DNA of 63,676 bases, filler included, from Guillardia theta CCMP2712 (lineage: Eukaryota; Protista; Cryptophyta), in assembly GCF_000315625.1 (NCBI RefSeq). It is 5 parts of 5 records of this genome, joined end to end, with 100 filler letters (N's around TTAATTAATTAA, not from the genome) between each part and the next. Parts side by side here need not be neighbours in the genome. Positions count along the whole stretch, not along the records: positions 19,852 to 50,013 come from NW_005434577.1; 4 more parts are not named here. The stretch is one strand, 5' to 3'. Positions 23,634 to 35,371 of this stretch are shown here, one piece after another. Every line of letters starts with the position of its first letter. Position 1 is the stretch's first letter. Below the pieces are notes generated by a model that made no database searches, was not told the origin of the DNA, and was given only the letters and a program-made list of their open reading frames with translations. Made by a program: the position numbers and the translations under genes.

Positions 23634-24500
23634 TGACAGGCCGGGCGGCCGCCAGGCAGCCACCGTCCGGTCACCGGGGGCCCGGCCCCACGGTCCGAGG
23701 CACGCGGGGGTCCGGCCCGGTGGCCAGTGAGTGGCCGGGTCGGGACCGGGCCCGGCCCGGCGGGAGCCCGGGGTTGTCCCGGTGTCGGGGGCTCATTCAG
23801 CCAGAGCCTGCGTTATCTCAGCAGCTAGGTGGACAGTGAGGGGCAATCATGTACAGCATATGTAGGGGGTGGTGGCAGGGAAAGAGGTAGGTGGGGGTAG
23901 TCCCGAGATCGAGATACCGACCCCTGGTCACTTTACTACAAGCATGGCTCTCGGCGCGAGTGGTCACGAGAGGCTGCTAGTAACGTGACTGCTGACATCC
24001 TCTTCGGGGCACTTGCATATAATTATGACTATTTATAGAAGAACGAGGAGGATTATATATAAATCGTAGCTAATTGTGGGAATTTATAATGAGGCACTGT
24101 TCCGGTTCCATTGGGTTGGAGGGGGTAGAAGCAGTTAAAAAAGGGGGTCATGATGTGAGTAGGGTCGGTACTGGATACCAAAATCACAGTCGTTCACATA
24201 GGGTGGGGTGATGGGGGGAGATTGATAAGGGGGTGGTCTGGGTACATTATTGCATTTGGTGCACGGATCTTGTACACAACAGGGGTACCGTCGTTTAGGG
24301 TGAATTATGTACAAGGGTAGGGTATTTCAGTACCCTACCCTTGTACATAAATTTATGGGGTGAAGGGATGGTGTGCGGGGTCAAAAGTTGCACTTGGGGT
24401 GGTAGGTCCGAAATAGCTATAACAAGTGAACATTGCAAGGCGTTGGGGTGGCAGGGGTGGGGGTGGGGGCGGAAGTGTGGGATACGAAAGGGTAGGGTAG
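23634..24500. repeat. GC-rich palindrome cluster followed by a GGGT(A)-rich non-coding tract; mirror organisation of 14470-16146
   Basis: 22-nt exact inverted match to 16115-16136, with the same compositional skew on the opposite strand. Confidence 0.6.
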
Positions 24501-24864
24501 TAGAATTCCCCGAGTAGATGCTTACAAGTAGATATGGAAACGGAGACGGGAGGAGGGGAGAGGAGAAGAGATAGAGGAGAAGGGAAGGGAAGGGAAGGGA
24601 AGGGAAGAACTGATGTTAGTAATAGGAGAGCAGAGAAGATAGTCAGAATGAGGGGAAATTAGTGAAGAGGAAAGGAATGTTCGTGTTATGAAGGCATTCG
24701 TTGCAAGGAATGTTGCAACGAAGGTGTGAGGGAAAGTGCGTTTCATCTCAAGGCGTCAAAATATGAGGAGGGGGGGGCCATTTTCGAATATATATAGGCT
24801 CAACACAAATACAATATGCAACCTTCGAACTTGTTCTTCTCCCTGACTTTTTGTTGTTGGAAAG

Positions 24865-27615
24865 GTGGGATTCGGTGAAAGAACACAAATTGCCATGAGG
24901 CTCAATGTTTCGTCCAGTCATGAGCCGAATACATCTGGATGTTATGCAGCCACGAAAACACCTCCTCGAGCAAACTTCGATCAGAGCAACATAGCATCGC
25001 CGGTCGAAGTCTTCCCTCCTCTGCTCCCTATAGTCTTGCTCTACTTGAGCGGTGCCGCCACTGTTCTTGTCAGGCCCTTGTATACAGCCTTTGCCTCCTT
25101 CTTCTCCAGCAATCTCGATACCCACCTCCTTCGCAGCACGTCGACCTGGCTGGACTCCTTGCTCCCTCCCCCTCGGTGCGTGTACTTCCTCCCTCTCCTG
25201 CTCTTCGAGCTTTGGGTACCCAAGGCTCCTTCCACCAGCGTCGTCGTGTGCTGGTGGCTCTGCATCCTGAGCTACATCGTGATGGGGATCAGCGAGCTTC
25301 ATGGGTGTGTGGCGAGGTACAAGAAGGAGGAGGAGAAGCTGGCGGACGCTGTGGCAGCGGTGGAGGTAGCGAACCAGCACCTGGAGATCGTACACTCTCT
25401 GATCCCGGAGAGCGTACTGAGCAAGATGACATATGAGAGCGACATCAACAAGTTCATGGGGGCAGAGATCGCAGACTGCTCGATCCTCTTCTGCGCTCTG
25501 TCTCCTCAGGAGGTGCTTCACAACAACGAGCCGCTGGAGCTCTTCAGCATGCTGGATGAGATCTTCCGCAGGTTTGACGAGGTGGTGGAGAAGCACGGCA
25601 TGTACACCTGTCAGCACGTGTCTGAGTGGTACATCGTGACCTGCCCTCGGGCTGCGAACCCCTTCGACGAGCTGGAGCAGAGCTCTCCCTACCCCGTGGA
25701 GTACTGCGAGAGGATGGTGAAGCTGGCTCGAGAGCTGATCACCATCACCAACAGCTACAAGGTCCACGACTGCCCCCTAGCGCTTCAGGTGGGGATTCAT
25801 CGAGGGCGGGCAGCTGGAGCTGTGGTGGGGTCGCACCGCGCCTACTACAGCGTGTACGGGGACACGACCAACACGGCGTCTCGGATGTGCAAGTACGCGG
25901 CTCCGAACACGATCTTGTGCACAGAAGCGTTCAGGGAGAGCTTCAAGGGCGGGCAGTGCGAGCTGAGGTTCCGGTCGATGGGGCTGAGGTCGATCAAGGG
26001 GAAGGGGAACATGCTGACGTTCGAGGTGGAGGAGGAGCAGGAGGAGAGCAAGGGTTTCCCGCTGCTGTCGCTGTGCAGCCGGAGGCAGGAGGACGACGGG
26101 AGGAGGTGGAGAGGGGGAGGGGACAAGATGCACCTGTCGCCGTCGCTGCAGCTGTCGCAGGCCAAGGACCACTTGATGAACTTCCTCACTCGCATCGTCC
26201 CGCACGAGATGCTGCTGCTGCTGCTGCCGATCAAGCACGTGAGGAGCATGGAGAGCGACAGGACGGGGCTGGACGGGAAGATGCGGCTGTCGCTGACTGT
26301 GATGGCGCTGGCGCAGACTCTGCTGATCATGGCGTACGTGTTCTTCCTGCTGGGGTACATGCGGAAGTTTCTTGACAGGTGCAACCGTCTCAAGGGCAGC
26401 GTGCTGGCGATGAACGTCGGGGGGGCGCTGGTGTGGATGCTGATGGCGAGGCGAGTGAGCGGGGACGAGCTGTTTGCTGTGACGAGCGCGATCTTGCTCT
26501 TCATCTCTTCCCTGCTCTTCTCCAACAGCGTGCGAGACATCGGGGCGGCGATGGGGACGGGGATGGGGATGCTGGCGCTGGTTGTGCTGGTTGGGGGAGG
26601 GCAGCATGCGAGCCTGGGAGCGGCGATGTCGTTAGGGTGGATCTGGGGAATGGCGAAGAGGAAGTTGTCGGCGCTGCAGTTCACGGAGCATGCTCGGATG
26701 CAGTACTACAAGCTGCGGAAGATCGAGGCGGACCTGCTGGAGAGTATCCTCAAGGAGATGCTGACGAAGCAGATTGCGGACAAGCTCCTTCGAGATCCGA
26801 TCACGACACAGGGAGAGATGAAGACAGCGGTGATCCTGCAGCTGGACATCTGCAACTTCACCGACATGTCTCAGAGCACTTCTCCGATGAAGCTGGCCAA
26901 GTTCGTGCACGAGATGTTCGCTTTCTTCGACCAGCTCGTCGTCGAGCACAACCTCCTCAAGATCGACACCATCGGCGACGCCTACATCGTGGCGGGATGG
27001 CTGGAGGAAGGCAGCGACGTGCAGAGCAAGCGGAGGACGCGGGGGATCTGCCTGAAGCTGCTGACGTGCGCGCGGGAGATGATCGGGAAGTTCGCGAGGT
27101 GCAGGAAGAGCTCAGCATGGCCGTGCTCGTGCCGGATCGGGATGACGGTGGGGAAGGTGGCGGCGGGGGTGCTGGGGAGGAAGCAGACGCGTCTGCACCT
27201 GCTGGGGGAGGCGATGAGGGAGGTGTCGGTGCTGGAGCAGCGGGGGAGCGCGGGGAGCGTGCATGCTAGCGGAAGCTTCATGCACGCGGCAGGGCTGACG
27301 AAGGAGGAGGCAAAGAAGAGCGTGCGGCTGATTCAGCGATTTAGCTCCTCTCTCAACAAGCGGAGCTTCAAGCGGGTGGTTCAGGAGTTTGCGATGATGG
27401 AGGAAGAGGAGGAGGAGGAGACGGCGGTACAGTCTCTGAAGAGAAAGATGTCGTTGGGGGAGATGGTTGGAGGAGAGGAGGAGGAGGAGGAGGAGGAGAA
27501 GGAGCTGAAGCAGTGGACATACAAGCTTTGCAAGTGGAAGGAGACGAAGGAGGGAGAGCAGGAGGGGAAAAGTAGCTACCTGCTGTTCCCTTGCAATGAC
27601 TCTGGTGAAAGGTGA
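24865..27615 (+). CDS. Membrane-bound class III nucleotide cyclase with two cyclase homology domains (copy A)
   Basis: 916-aa ORF. TM segments; domain 1 (FRRFDEVVEKHG...VGIHRG...YGDTTNTASRM...IKGKGNMLTF); TM block; domain 2 (ILQLDICNFT...KIDTIGDAYIV...CRIGMTVG). The true 5' end is uncertain (GTG ORF start; possible splice acceptor near 24984). Confidence 0.9.
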   Translation: MGFGERTQIAMRLNVSSSHEPNTSGCYAATKTPPRANFDQSNIASPVEVFPPLLPIVLLYLSGAATVLVRPLYTAFASFFSSNLDTHLLRSTSTWLDSLLPPPRCVYFLPLLLFELWVPKAPSTSVVVCWWLCILSYIVMGISELHGCVARYKKEEEKLADAVAAVEVANQHLEIVHSLIPESVLSKMTYESDINKFMGAEIADCSILFCALSPQEVLHNNEPLELFSMLDEIFRRFDEVVEKHGMYTCQHVSEWYIVTCPRAANPFDELEQSSPYPVEYCERMVKLARELITITNSYKVHDCPLALQVGIHRGRAAGAVVGSHRAYYSVYGDTTNTASRMCKYAAPNTILCTEAFRESFKGGQCELRFRSMGLRSIKGKGNMLTFEVEEEQEESKGFPLLSLCSRRQEDDGRRWRGGGDKMHLSPSLQLSQAKDHLMNFLTRIVPHEMLLLLLPIKHVRSMESDRTGLDGKMRLSLTVMALAQTLLIMAYVFFLLGYMRKFLDRCNRLKGSVLAMNVGGALVWMLMARRVSGDELFAVTSAILLFISSLLFSNSVRDIGAAMGTGMGMLALVVLVGGGQHASLGAAMSLGWIWGMAKRKLSALQFTEHARMQYYKLRKIEADLLESILKEMLTKQIADKLLRDPITTQGEMKTAVILQLDICNFTDMSQSTSPMKLAKFVHEMFAFFDQLVVEHNLLKIDTIGDAYIVAGWLEEGSDVQSKRRTRGICLKLLTCAREMIGKFARCRKSSAWPCSCRIGMTVGKVAAGVLGRKQTRLHLLGEAMREVSVLEQRGSAGSVHASGSFMHAAGLTKEEAKKSVRLIQRFSSSLNKRSFKRVVQEFAMMEEEEEEETAVQSLKRKMSLGEMVGGEEEEEEEEKELKQWTYKLCKWKETKEGEQEGKSSYLLFPCNDSGER

Positions 27616-27796
27616 TGGGAGGCAGGAGCAGAATGAAGTAGAGTAGTATGTTTATAGCGTCATTGTTTCTCTTAACAAACTAGCCTGATAATCAAACAAA
27701 CTATGCTGATAATCATGAATGTAAAACTTGAATGTTGTCAAAGTCTTCTACATCTTGTCGTCGTCGACCATCATCATTACATCATCATCATCATTA

Positions 27797-27846
<50 letters not shown>

Positions 27847-30775
27847 CTACTTAGTGATCTTGGTCTTGCTCTGTTCCTTGACGAAGTTTCTTGCCCATCC
27901 ATCAATCTGAAAATTCAGAAACGGCGTGAGGAAACCTTGTGTGCATAAAGGATGCAAGACAGAACAAGAAAAGGAGGAAAAGCAGAGCAAAGCAGGAGAG
28001 GAGAGAGGAGAGGAGGGGAGCGGAGAGGAGAGGAGAGGAGAGGAGATGAGAGGAGAGGAGAGGAGAGGAGAGGAGAGGAGAGGAGCGGAGCGGGGAGGCG
28101 AGGAGAGGAGAGGAGAGGAGTGAAGGGGAGCGGAGCGGAGGGGAGGGGAGGGGAGAACAAGTTCAACCTCAACAATGTCGTCAAGGGATGGCTTCATGCT
28201 GAGATCGGATTTGTGTGCTTCCATCGCCTTCTCAATGACCTTGAAGATGTCGAGATAACCTGAAGAATTTCATCAGATCCAACTACTCCATCTCCATCAT
28301 CATCATCATCATCATCGTCATCATCATCATCGTCATCTTCATCATCGTCATCATCATCGTCATCTCCATCATCGTCATCATCATCATCATCATCATCATT
28401 ATCATCATCATCATCGTAATCATCATCGTCGTCGTCGTCATCATCATAGTCATCATCATCATCCTCACAATTCTCTCCTACCAATCTCTCCATTCCTGAA
28501 CATCTCATTCGCCTGCTCATTGGCGGCGTTCAACACAGCTGTCATAGTTCCCCCAGTCCTTCCAGCGGAGTAGGACAAGTCAAGAGAAGGATATTTCTTG
28601 CGGTCCGGCGCCATGAAAGTCATCTTGCCCAACTTAGCAAAGTCTGCGGCAACAGTGTCAAGACAGGTGGGAGGAGAAGCTGGTGGAATCTTTCCCCGAC
28701 CCCTCCTGCTCCTCCTTTCCCTTCCTCCTGCTTCTCCTCCTCTTCCTTCCCCTCCCTTCCTTGTCCTCGTCCTCGTCCTCGTCCTCGTCCTCCTCTACCA
28801 TCCTGCGCTCCTGCCTCCTCCTCCTACCGAGCGGCTCGTACGGCATCTCAAGGCGGTAGGGCCAGGACATGGAGTAGACGAGGGGGAGGCGCATGTCGGG
28901 CCAGCCGAGCTGCCCGATGACAGAGGAGTCGCGGGTCTCGATGGCGGAGTGGAGGATGGACTGAGGGTGGACGACAACTTCGATGTCGTCGTAGCTGACG
29001 CCGAAGAGGTAGTGAGCCTCAATGACCTGAGAGAAGAGTGAGGGGGGAGAGGAGGGGGAGAGGAGAGGTGAAATGAGGTGAGGGGGAGGGGGAGGGGAGG
29101 AGGAGAGAGGAGAGGAGAGGAGAGGAGAGGAGAGGAGAAATGAGGTGAGGAGNNNNNNNNNNNNNNNNNNNNNNNNNNNNNNNNNNNNNNNNNNNNNNNN
29201 NNNNNNNNNNNNNNNNNNNNNNNNNNNNNNNNNNNNNNNNNNNNNNNNNNNNNNNNNNNNNNNNNNNNNNNNNNNNNNNNNNNNNNNNNNNNNNNNNNNN
29301 NNNNNNNNNNNNNNNNNNNNNNNNNNNNNNNNNNNNNNNNNNNNNNNNNNNNNNNNNNNNNNNNNNNNNNTGATGAGAGGAGGAGACCAGGAGAGGAGGA
29401 AACAGAAGGAGGAAGGACCTCAAGTCCTTTGTTCATGAGAGTCGCTGAGTCAACTGTGATCTTTGCTCCCATGTCCCAGTTAGGATGAGTAGTTGCCTTC
29501 TTGCGAATGAACTCCGGGTCCTGCCCAGCACAGTCAACTGCTCCTGCTCCTCCTCCTCCTTCGCTCCTCCTCCTCCTTCGCTCCTCCTCCTCCTCCCTCC
29601 TCACCTTCTCGCAGAGCTCCAGCAGCTCGTCAGCTGAGAAGTCACGGAAGGCGCCGCCAGAAGCTGTGAGGATAACCTTGCGAAGACCTCCGGGGGGAAC
29701 ACCCTGAGACAAAGAGAGATGAGAGGAGAGGAGAGGAGAGGAGAGGAGAGGAGAGGAGAGGAGACGAGACGAGACGAGACGAGGGGTAGAACCTGGAGGG
29801 ACTGGAAGATCGCGCTGTGCTCGGAATCAGCTGGAGTCATCTTGACACCATATTCCTATAGAGAAGTCAGCAGGAGCAGGAGGGAAAATAAGAGAAGAGG
29901 AGGAGGAGGGAGGGAGGAGAGAGAGAAGGAGTGGAGGTGTTTGATACCTTGAGGAGGGGGAGGATAACGGGTCCACCGGAGATGAGAGTCTCCTTGTTAG
30001 CAAGCGCGATGTCCTTGCCAGCCTTGATAGCCTCGACCTGCAGCAGCGTCAGGAAGGAAGCGAAGGTGGGCAGGAGCAGGATTGAGGGAAGGAGGAGGAG
30101 AAGGAGGTTGAGGAGGTCGAGTACGAGGAGAGGGAGGGGCAGGAGAAGGGCAGGCAGAGGAGAAGAAGGAGAAGGCGGAGGAGGAGACGGAGGAGGCGGG
30201 ACCGTGGGCAGAAGTCCAGCGCATCCGACGATGCCGGTGACGACAACATCGGAATCTCCGTACTTGGCGACCTCTGAAGGGAATGAGATGAGCAAGCAGA
30301 GAGAAAAGAAAGCAGAGAAAGGATGTACAGAATGAGGAGGCAAAGGTAGAGGAGGAGGAGGAAGAGGAGGAGGCAGAGGAGGAGGATGGGGGGGGGAGCA
30401 AGAGGAGCAGGGGGAAGGGAGAGAGGGAGCAAGAGGAGGAGAGCAAGTGCAGCAGGAGCAGCAGCAAGGAAAGTTTTCTTCTTCACCTGCGATCCCTTTG
30501 GGTCCAAACACAAGCTCAGGCATCTTTCCATTCCATCCAGACAAGGCCTCCTGCTCCCAGTTTTACTCCTTTCTCCTCTCTCCTCCTTGTCCTCCCTTTT
30601 CGTCCACCACCACCACCACCTCGCTCCTCCTCTCTCCTCCTCCTCCTCCTCCTCCTCCTTCTCTATCTCTCCGTTCTGAGCTGACCTTGAGCTCCTTCAA
30701 GACGGATTCATCTCGAACAGAAACGATCTACAGGAAGGTCACTTAAAATCCAGGGAGAGAAAAGAGCAGGAGAGA

Positions 30776-30807
<32 letters not shown>

Positions 30808-32630
30808 TTGAGCAGCAGGAGCAGGAGCAGTTGAGCAGGAGCACGTGAGCACGATCAGTTGAGCAGACATCAGAAGACATTCGAGGAGTATGCATGACGA
30901 CGATGATGACGATGTCTGACGCATGTGGCTGTGTTGTCACTGATGTGCTTCCCTTGAACTTGTCAGAATTCGTTTGTCNNNNNNNNNNNNNNNNNNNNNN
31001 NNNNNNNNNNNNNNNNNNNNNNNNNNNNNNNNNNNNNNNNNNNNNNNNNNNNNNNNNNNNNNNNNNNNNNNNNNNNNNTCCTGACACTTTCGGACAGTTC
31101 CGTGCACACCTGCGAGAGCATGTGCAAGACGGGTCTGGATAAGCAAGGCAGGAGGAGGAGGAGCATGTAGACTGGACCTTGGGGTTGAACTCCTTGATCT
31201 GTTGAGCAAGAAGAGCGACATTTCCTCCAGCAGCCAGGCCTTCGATCTAAGAGAAGATGAGGAAGAAGCAGTAGGAGAGGGAGGAGGAGGAGGCGGAGGA
31301 GGAGGAGCAGCAGGAGGAGGAGCAGGAGGAGGCGGAGGAGGATGAAAGAGGAGGAAAGAGGAGGAGATGATGGTTGAGGTGGGATTTGAGCGGAGGCGAC
31401 AACAATTGCTGGACCTCAAATCTCTCCGGGACATTCTTCACGATGTCGAGGGTCTGAACTCAAATCGATTAGCTCATTCGAAATCAATCAGCTCACATAC
31501 GAAATCAATCAGCTCACATTCGAAATCAATCAGCTCACATTCGAAATCAATCAGCTCACATTCGAAATCAATCAGCTCACATTCGAAATCAATCAGCTCA
31601 CATTCGAAATCAATCAGCTCACATTCGAAATCAATCAGCTCACATTCGAAATCAATCAGCTCACATTCGAAATCAATCAGCTCACATTCGAAATCAATCA
31701 GCTCACATTCGAAATCAATCAGCTCACATTCGAAATCAATCAATCATAATCATCAACAGAACCTCTATTGTCATCATTATCATTATCATCCCCTTCACCA
31801 TCATAGTCTCTATCATCACTTTGCAAAGATTTCAACACTTGAAAGAACAATTGATCCATCGAATTGACGTGTCAGATATTGAAATGGCACTACAAGTATT
31901 CAAGTTTGACATCCAAATTCACCTGAGTTCCAATGGACCCAGTGGAGCCAAGGAGGGTGACCTGAATGCTGGGCGATAAAGAGAAGGGAGGGACATAGAT
32001 CTGTGAACCTTCTTCTTCCAGTTGAGACCCTTCGCCTGATCCAAGTGTAAGAGGGAGAGAGGAGGGAGAGAGAGGAGGGAGGGAGGAGGCGGAAGAGGGA
32101 GGGAGGGAGAAGGAAGTGGGGAGGGAGGAGGAAGGAAGTGGGGAGGGAGGAGGAGGGAGGGAAGGGAGGCGAGAGCGAGAGGAGGGAGGGATGGGAGGGA
32201 GGGAGGAAGGGAAGGAGGCAGGCAGGCAGAGATGGAGGGGTGATGGAGGGAAGGAGGGAGGGAGTCAGGGAAGAAGCGAGCCAGCGAGGGAGAGGAGGAA
32301 GGCATTTCATGATTTACCGCCTCGTCCACAACGTGCTGTAAGTCTTCGACTGTCCCAAAGGGAGCAGCACCCTGCTGAGAAGCACCTGCCGTTACGGCAG
32401 TCATCACGTCTAGATCACGAGAGGGTCTGCCGGCTCACTTGACATCCTGACGCCGAGGCCCTTGCGAGCAAGTGAGACTGAAGCTGCAGGGAGGAAACGA
32501 CATGTCAGAGAGAGGAAACACCTCCTTCTGGTCTGCTCTACCAACTCGAGAGACCCTCACCTGGGACAATGAATGCATCCGAGCAGGAGCAGCCGAAGAC
32601 GACAAGCAGCGGGAGAACTGCCTTCATCAT
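27847..32630 (-). CDS. DXR: 1-deoxy-D-xylulose 5-phosphate reductoisomerase, plastid-targeted, multi-exon
   Basis: [82 protein letters not shown]. Leader [19 protein letters not shown]|FIV is a signal peptide followed by Phe. Two N gaps lie inside the gene. Confidence 0.96.
31476..31742. repeat. 21-bp tandem repeat (CATTCGAAATCAATCAGCTCA) x about 12.5 in a DXR intron
   Basis: Head-to-tail units, identical except one T>A variant; no spacers. Confidence 0.97.
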
Positions 32631-32883
32631 CCTCAGCACCTTAGCAGGTCTGCACGTCAAGATGTCAGGCATGAACCTGCTCGCTTGCAGATTGTCCTCG
32701 AACGAATCTTCAATCAACAATGAAATCCACTTCTCACATCAAATCTTTCACATATATCATCGCATGTTGGAGTCACCAGGCTTCTTCCAATTATCCCCTC
32801 CTTCTCCCCTCTCCCCTCTCCTCTCCCTCCTCTCCACACTAGCCCTCGGACTCATCGTCTCTGCTCCTCATTATCTCATCCCT

Positions 32884-33066
32884 CTCCTGCTCCTGCTCCT
32901 GCTCCTGCTCCTGGTCCTGGTCCTGGTCCTGCTCCTACTCAACTGCTCCTGCTCAACTGCTCCTGCTCCTGCTCAACTGCTCCTGCTCCTGCTCAACTGC
33001 TCCTGCTCAACTGCTCAACTGCTCCTGCTCAACTGCTCCTGCTCCTGCTCAACTGCTCCTGCTCAA

Positions 33067-33106
<40 letters not shown>

Positions 33107-33122
33107 AACTGCTCCTGCTCAA

Positions 33123-33156
<34 letters not shown>

Positions 33157-33184
33157 AACTGCTCTTGCTCCTGCTCCTGCTCAA

Positions 33185-33244
<60 letters not shown>

Positions 33245-33283
33245 AACTGCTCCTGCTCAACTGCTCCTGCTCCTGCTCCTGCT
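32884..33283. repeat. Compound (CTGCTC)n/(CTCAACTG) repeat between the divergent DXR and helical-protein genes
   Basis: Directly visible. The same unit occurs in reverse orientation at about 30765-30865 and, without the CAA variant, at about 63040-63210. Confidence 0.9.
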
Positions 33284-33518
33284 CTCGCTCTCTCATGCAT
33301 GCTCTCTTCTCCCCTCTCCGCTACTGCGCCTCCATTGTGACGGCCTCCATGTAATAAGCCTCACCGTTACATCACCGTTATTTTCAACCAACTGGCCCGG
33401 CCGGGCCCGGACCAAACTTGAAACCTACTACATGATGCAGAGTGGTTACACGAATAACGGTCCATGATCTGGAGTAACGGTGATCGATAACGGTAGTGTA
33501 GGAGGTTGGCAGTTGAAC

Positions 33519-34917
33519 ATGGCCGAGTCGTAGGAGAGAACAGCGACAGGACAGGACAGGACAGGACAGGACAGGACAGGACAGGACAGGACAGGACAGG
33601 AGACCGTACAAGCCTTGAAGTCTCAGGACAGGAGAGCCTCTGCACAGCCCTGCCACTGACTGCAGGAAGGAGGAAAGGAGGAAAGGATAGTTAGACAGGA
33701 AGAGGGAGGACGAGGTGCTACATAATTACCGTCTGATCTCTTGGCCGAGGTTCTTGCTGATTGAGCTGAACCAGTGAAGTCTTGCAGCATGCCGAGCGCG
33801 ACTGTGCAGAGAAACATCATCACCAACCCCGAACAACTCAGGAAGAATGTGCGGAGGTGCATGAGAAAGCTGCTCGACAAGAACCTCGTCTCGGTGGGAT
33901 AGCTTCCTCTGACGAGCAAGTCAAGTAGCTGACACTTGGCGGCAGTCCGACCCCAACGTGAATGCAGAGCGACAGATCGAGTTCGCCTGGTCGCTGGTAG
34001 ACTGGAGGACCTTCGACCCGTCGAGCCCCTTGAAAACTTTTCCAGGAGGTGAGAACGAAGACAAGAATGAGTAAGAAGTGACGTTCAAACCCAGATGCTG
34101 CCAACAAAGAGCCCTCGGCACTAGAGCTACTCATACTCGCTCTGAAGAACTCTCCTTCAGCTGAGGTAGAATCACCACCACCACCACCACCACCACCATC
34201 TCCTCCTTCTGCTGATCCTCCTTCTGCTGATCCTATTTCTGCTGATCCTGCTGATCCTGATCCTCCTCCTCCTCGTCCTCCTCGTCCTCCTCGTCCTCCT
34301 CGTCCTCCTCTTCCTCCTCTTCCTCGTCCTCAATCCAGATATCTCATCTTTCTCACACCATCTCCCTCCTCTCTCAGTCCTCACGGCTCTTCTGCCTCAG
34401 GTCCACTACGCAAGCAGCTCAGCGATAGCATACCTTGCTGTACGGCAGGACATCCGACTCGCCCTCGTCGAGACTCCCTCGGGGCCTCTCATGGAATCGC
34501 TCGACCTGCTCATACGACGACTGGAGGCAACTGAGCATAGCGGTCTGCGATATGCGATATGCGCCATCGCTACTGAGCTGTTCGTGACGCTGACGAGCTT
34601 GTCAGTCATGTTGTGACTGTTGGTTTAGGTGCAAGACAGAGATCGGACTCATCAGGCTGCGAGACATCAACTTCGCACAAGCACTTGAAAGGTGAAGAAA
34701 ACCCGATGAATTGCTCGCTTGTTCACTCGATGAGTCGTCGACATGTCAAATCGTTCACTGTCGTCGAGAAGTCAACTCGTCCTCGTTGACTTGTCATGAC
34801 TGAAGGAGCTGATGGTGCTGGCTCAGGTTGCGACAGAAGAAGATTCAGCCTAAGGATGCAGCACTGGAGCTCATCATGGACCACCTGAGCCTCGAGCTTC
34901 GACCTCGCATCTCATGA
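33519..34917 (+). CDS. Small multi-exon hypothetical alpha-helical (ARM-like?) protein
   Basis: Canonical introns join MPSATVQRNIITNPEQLRKNVRR, SDPNVNAERQIEFAWSLVDW, ALELLILALKNSPSAE, VHYASSSAIAYLAVRQDIRLALV and KDAALELIMDHLSLELRPRIS*. The start is uncertain. Confidence 0.5.
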
Positions 34918-34981
34918 CACACAGACGACAAAAAGTCACTGACTGACAACAAACAGCCTTACATAGACACGTCGATGTTGT

Positions 34982-35134
34982 TCAGTACGACCACCTGCCG
35001 CCATGTCAGTCCTCCAGCACCGTCACGACGTCCTGCCTCCTACCAGCAGCCTCGTGCAGCGATGGAAGTCCTTGCTGACCCTGTCGAGACTCTCCTCTGC
35101 CTCCCTCATCTCTTCCCAGTCCTCTTCTCCCTTC
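34982..35134 (-). pseudogene. Duplicated 153-bp fragment of the GCP5 3' end (exon-intron-exon)
   Basis: 152/153 identical to 39528-39680, in the same orientation. Confidence 0.85.
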
Positions 35135-35371
35135 CTGTCCTGCTTGCTCGGGGAAACAAGACGGTGAAGTTGAGGGATCGGAGAACGCTGCTCGCTGGAT
35201 TGACAGGCGAAAAAGTGACTCTTGTAAACTTGTAGGGAAAACTCAATGATGAAGAAGACTAAGAATAAGGAGATGGCAGATGATGATGAAAAAAAACTCA
35301 CTCACATCAATTCAAGAAATTTACAAATATACATACAAAGTAAGATTAAATCTCCTTTCTTAACGTTTGCT

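Noticed and set aside
24748-27281. Long overlapping and antisense ORFs over the cyclases (339, 296, 279, 276 aa; mirrored in copy B)
   Set aside because: These are shadow frames expected from GC-rich third codon positions. Their duplication only reflects the DNA repeat.
31476-31742. Possible CRISPR array or SHSKSIS/IDFECEL repeat protein
   Set aside because: Units are contiguous with no spacers, no cas genes are present, and the array lies in an intron of a eukaryotic gene.
32569-33467. 261-aa and 100-aa ORFs with APAPA/CSCS runs
   Set aside because: They derive from the (CTGCTC)n repeat and the antisense of DXR exon 1.
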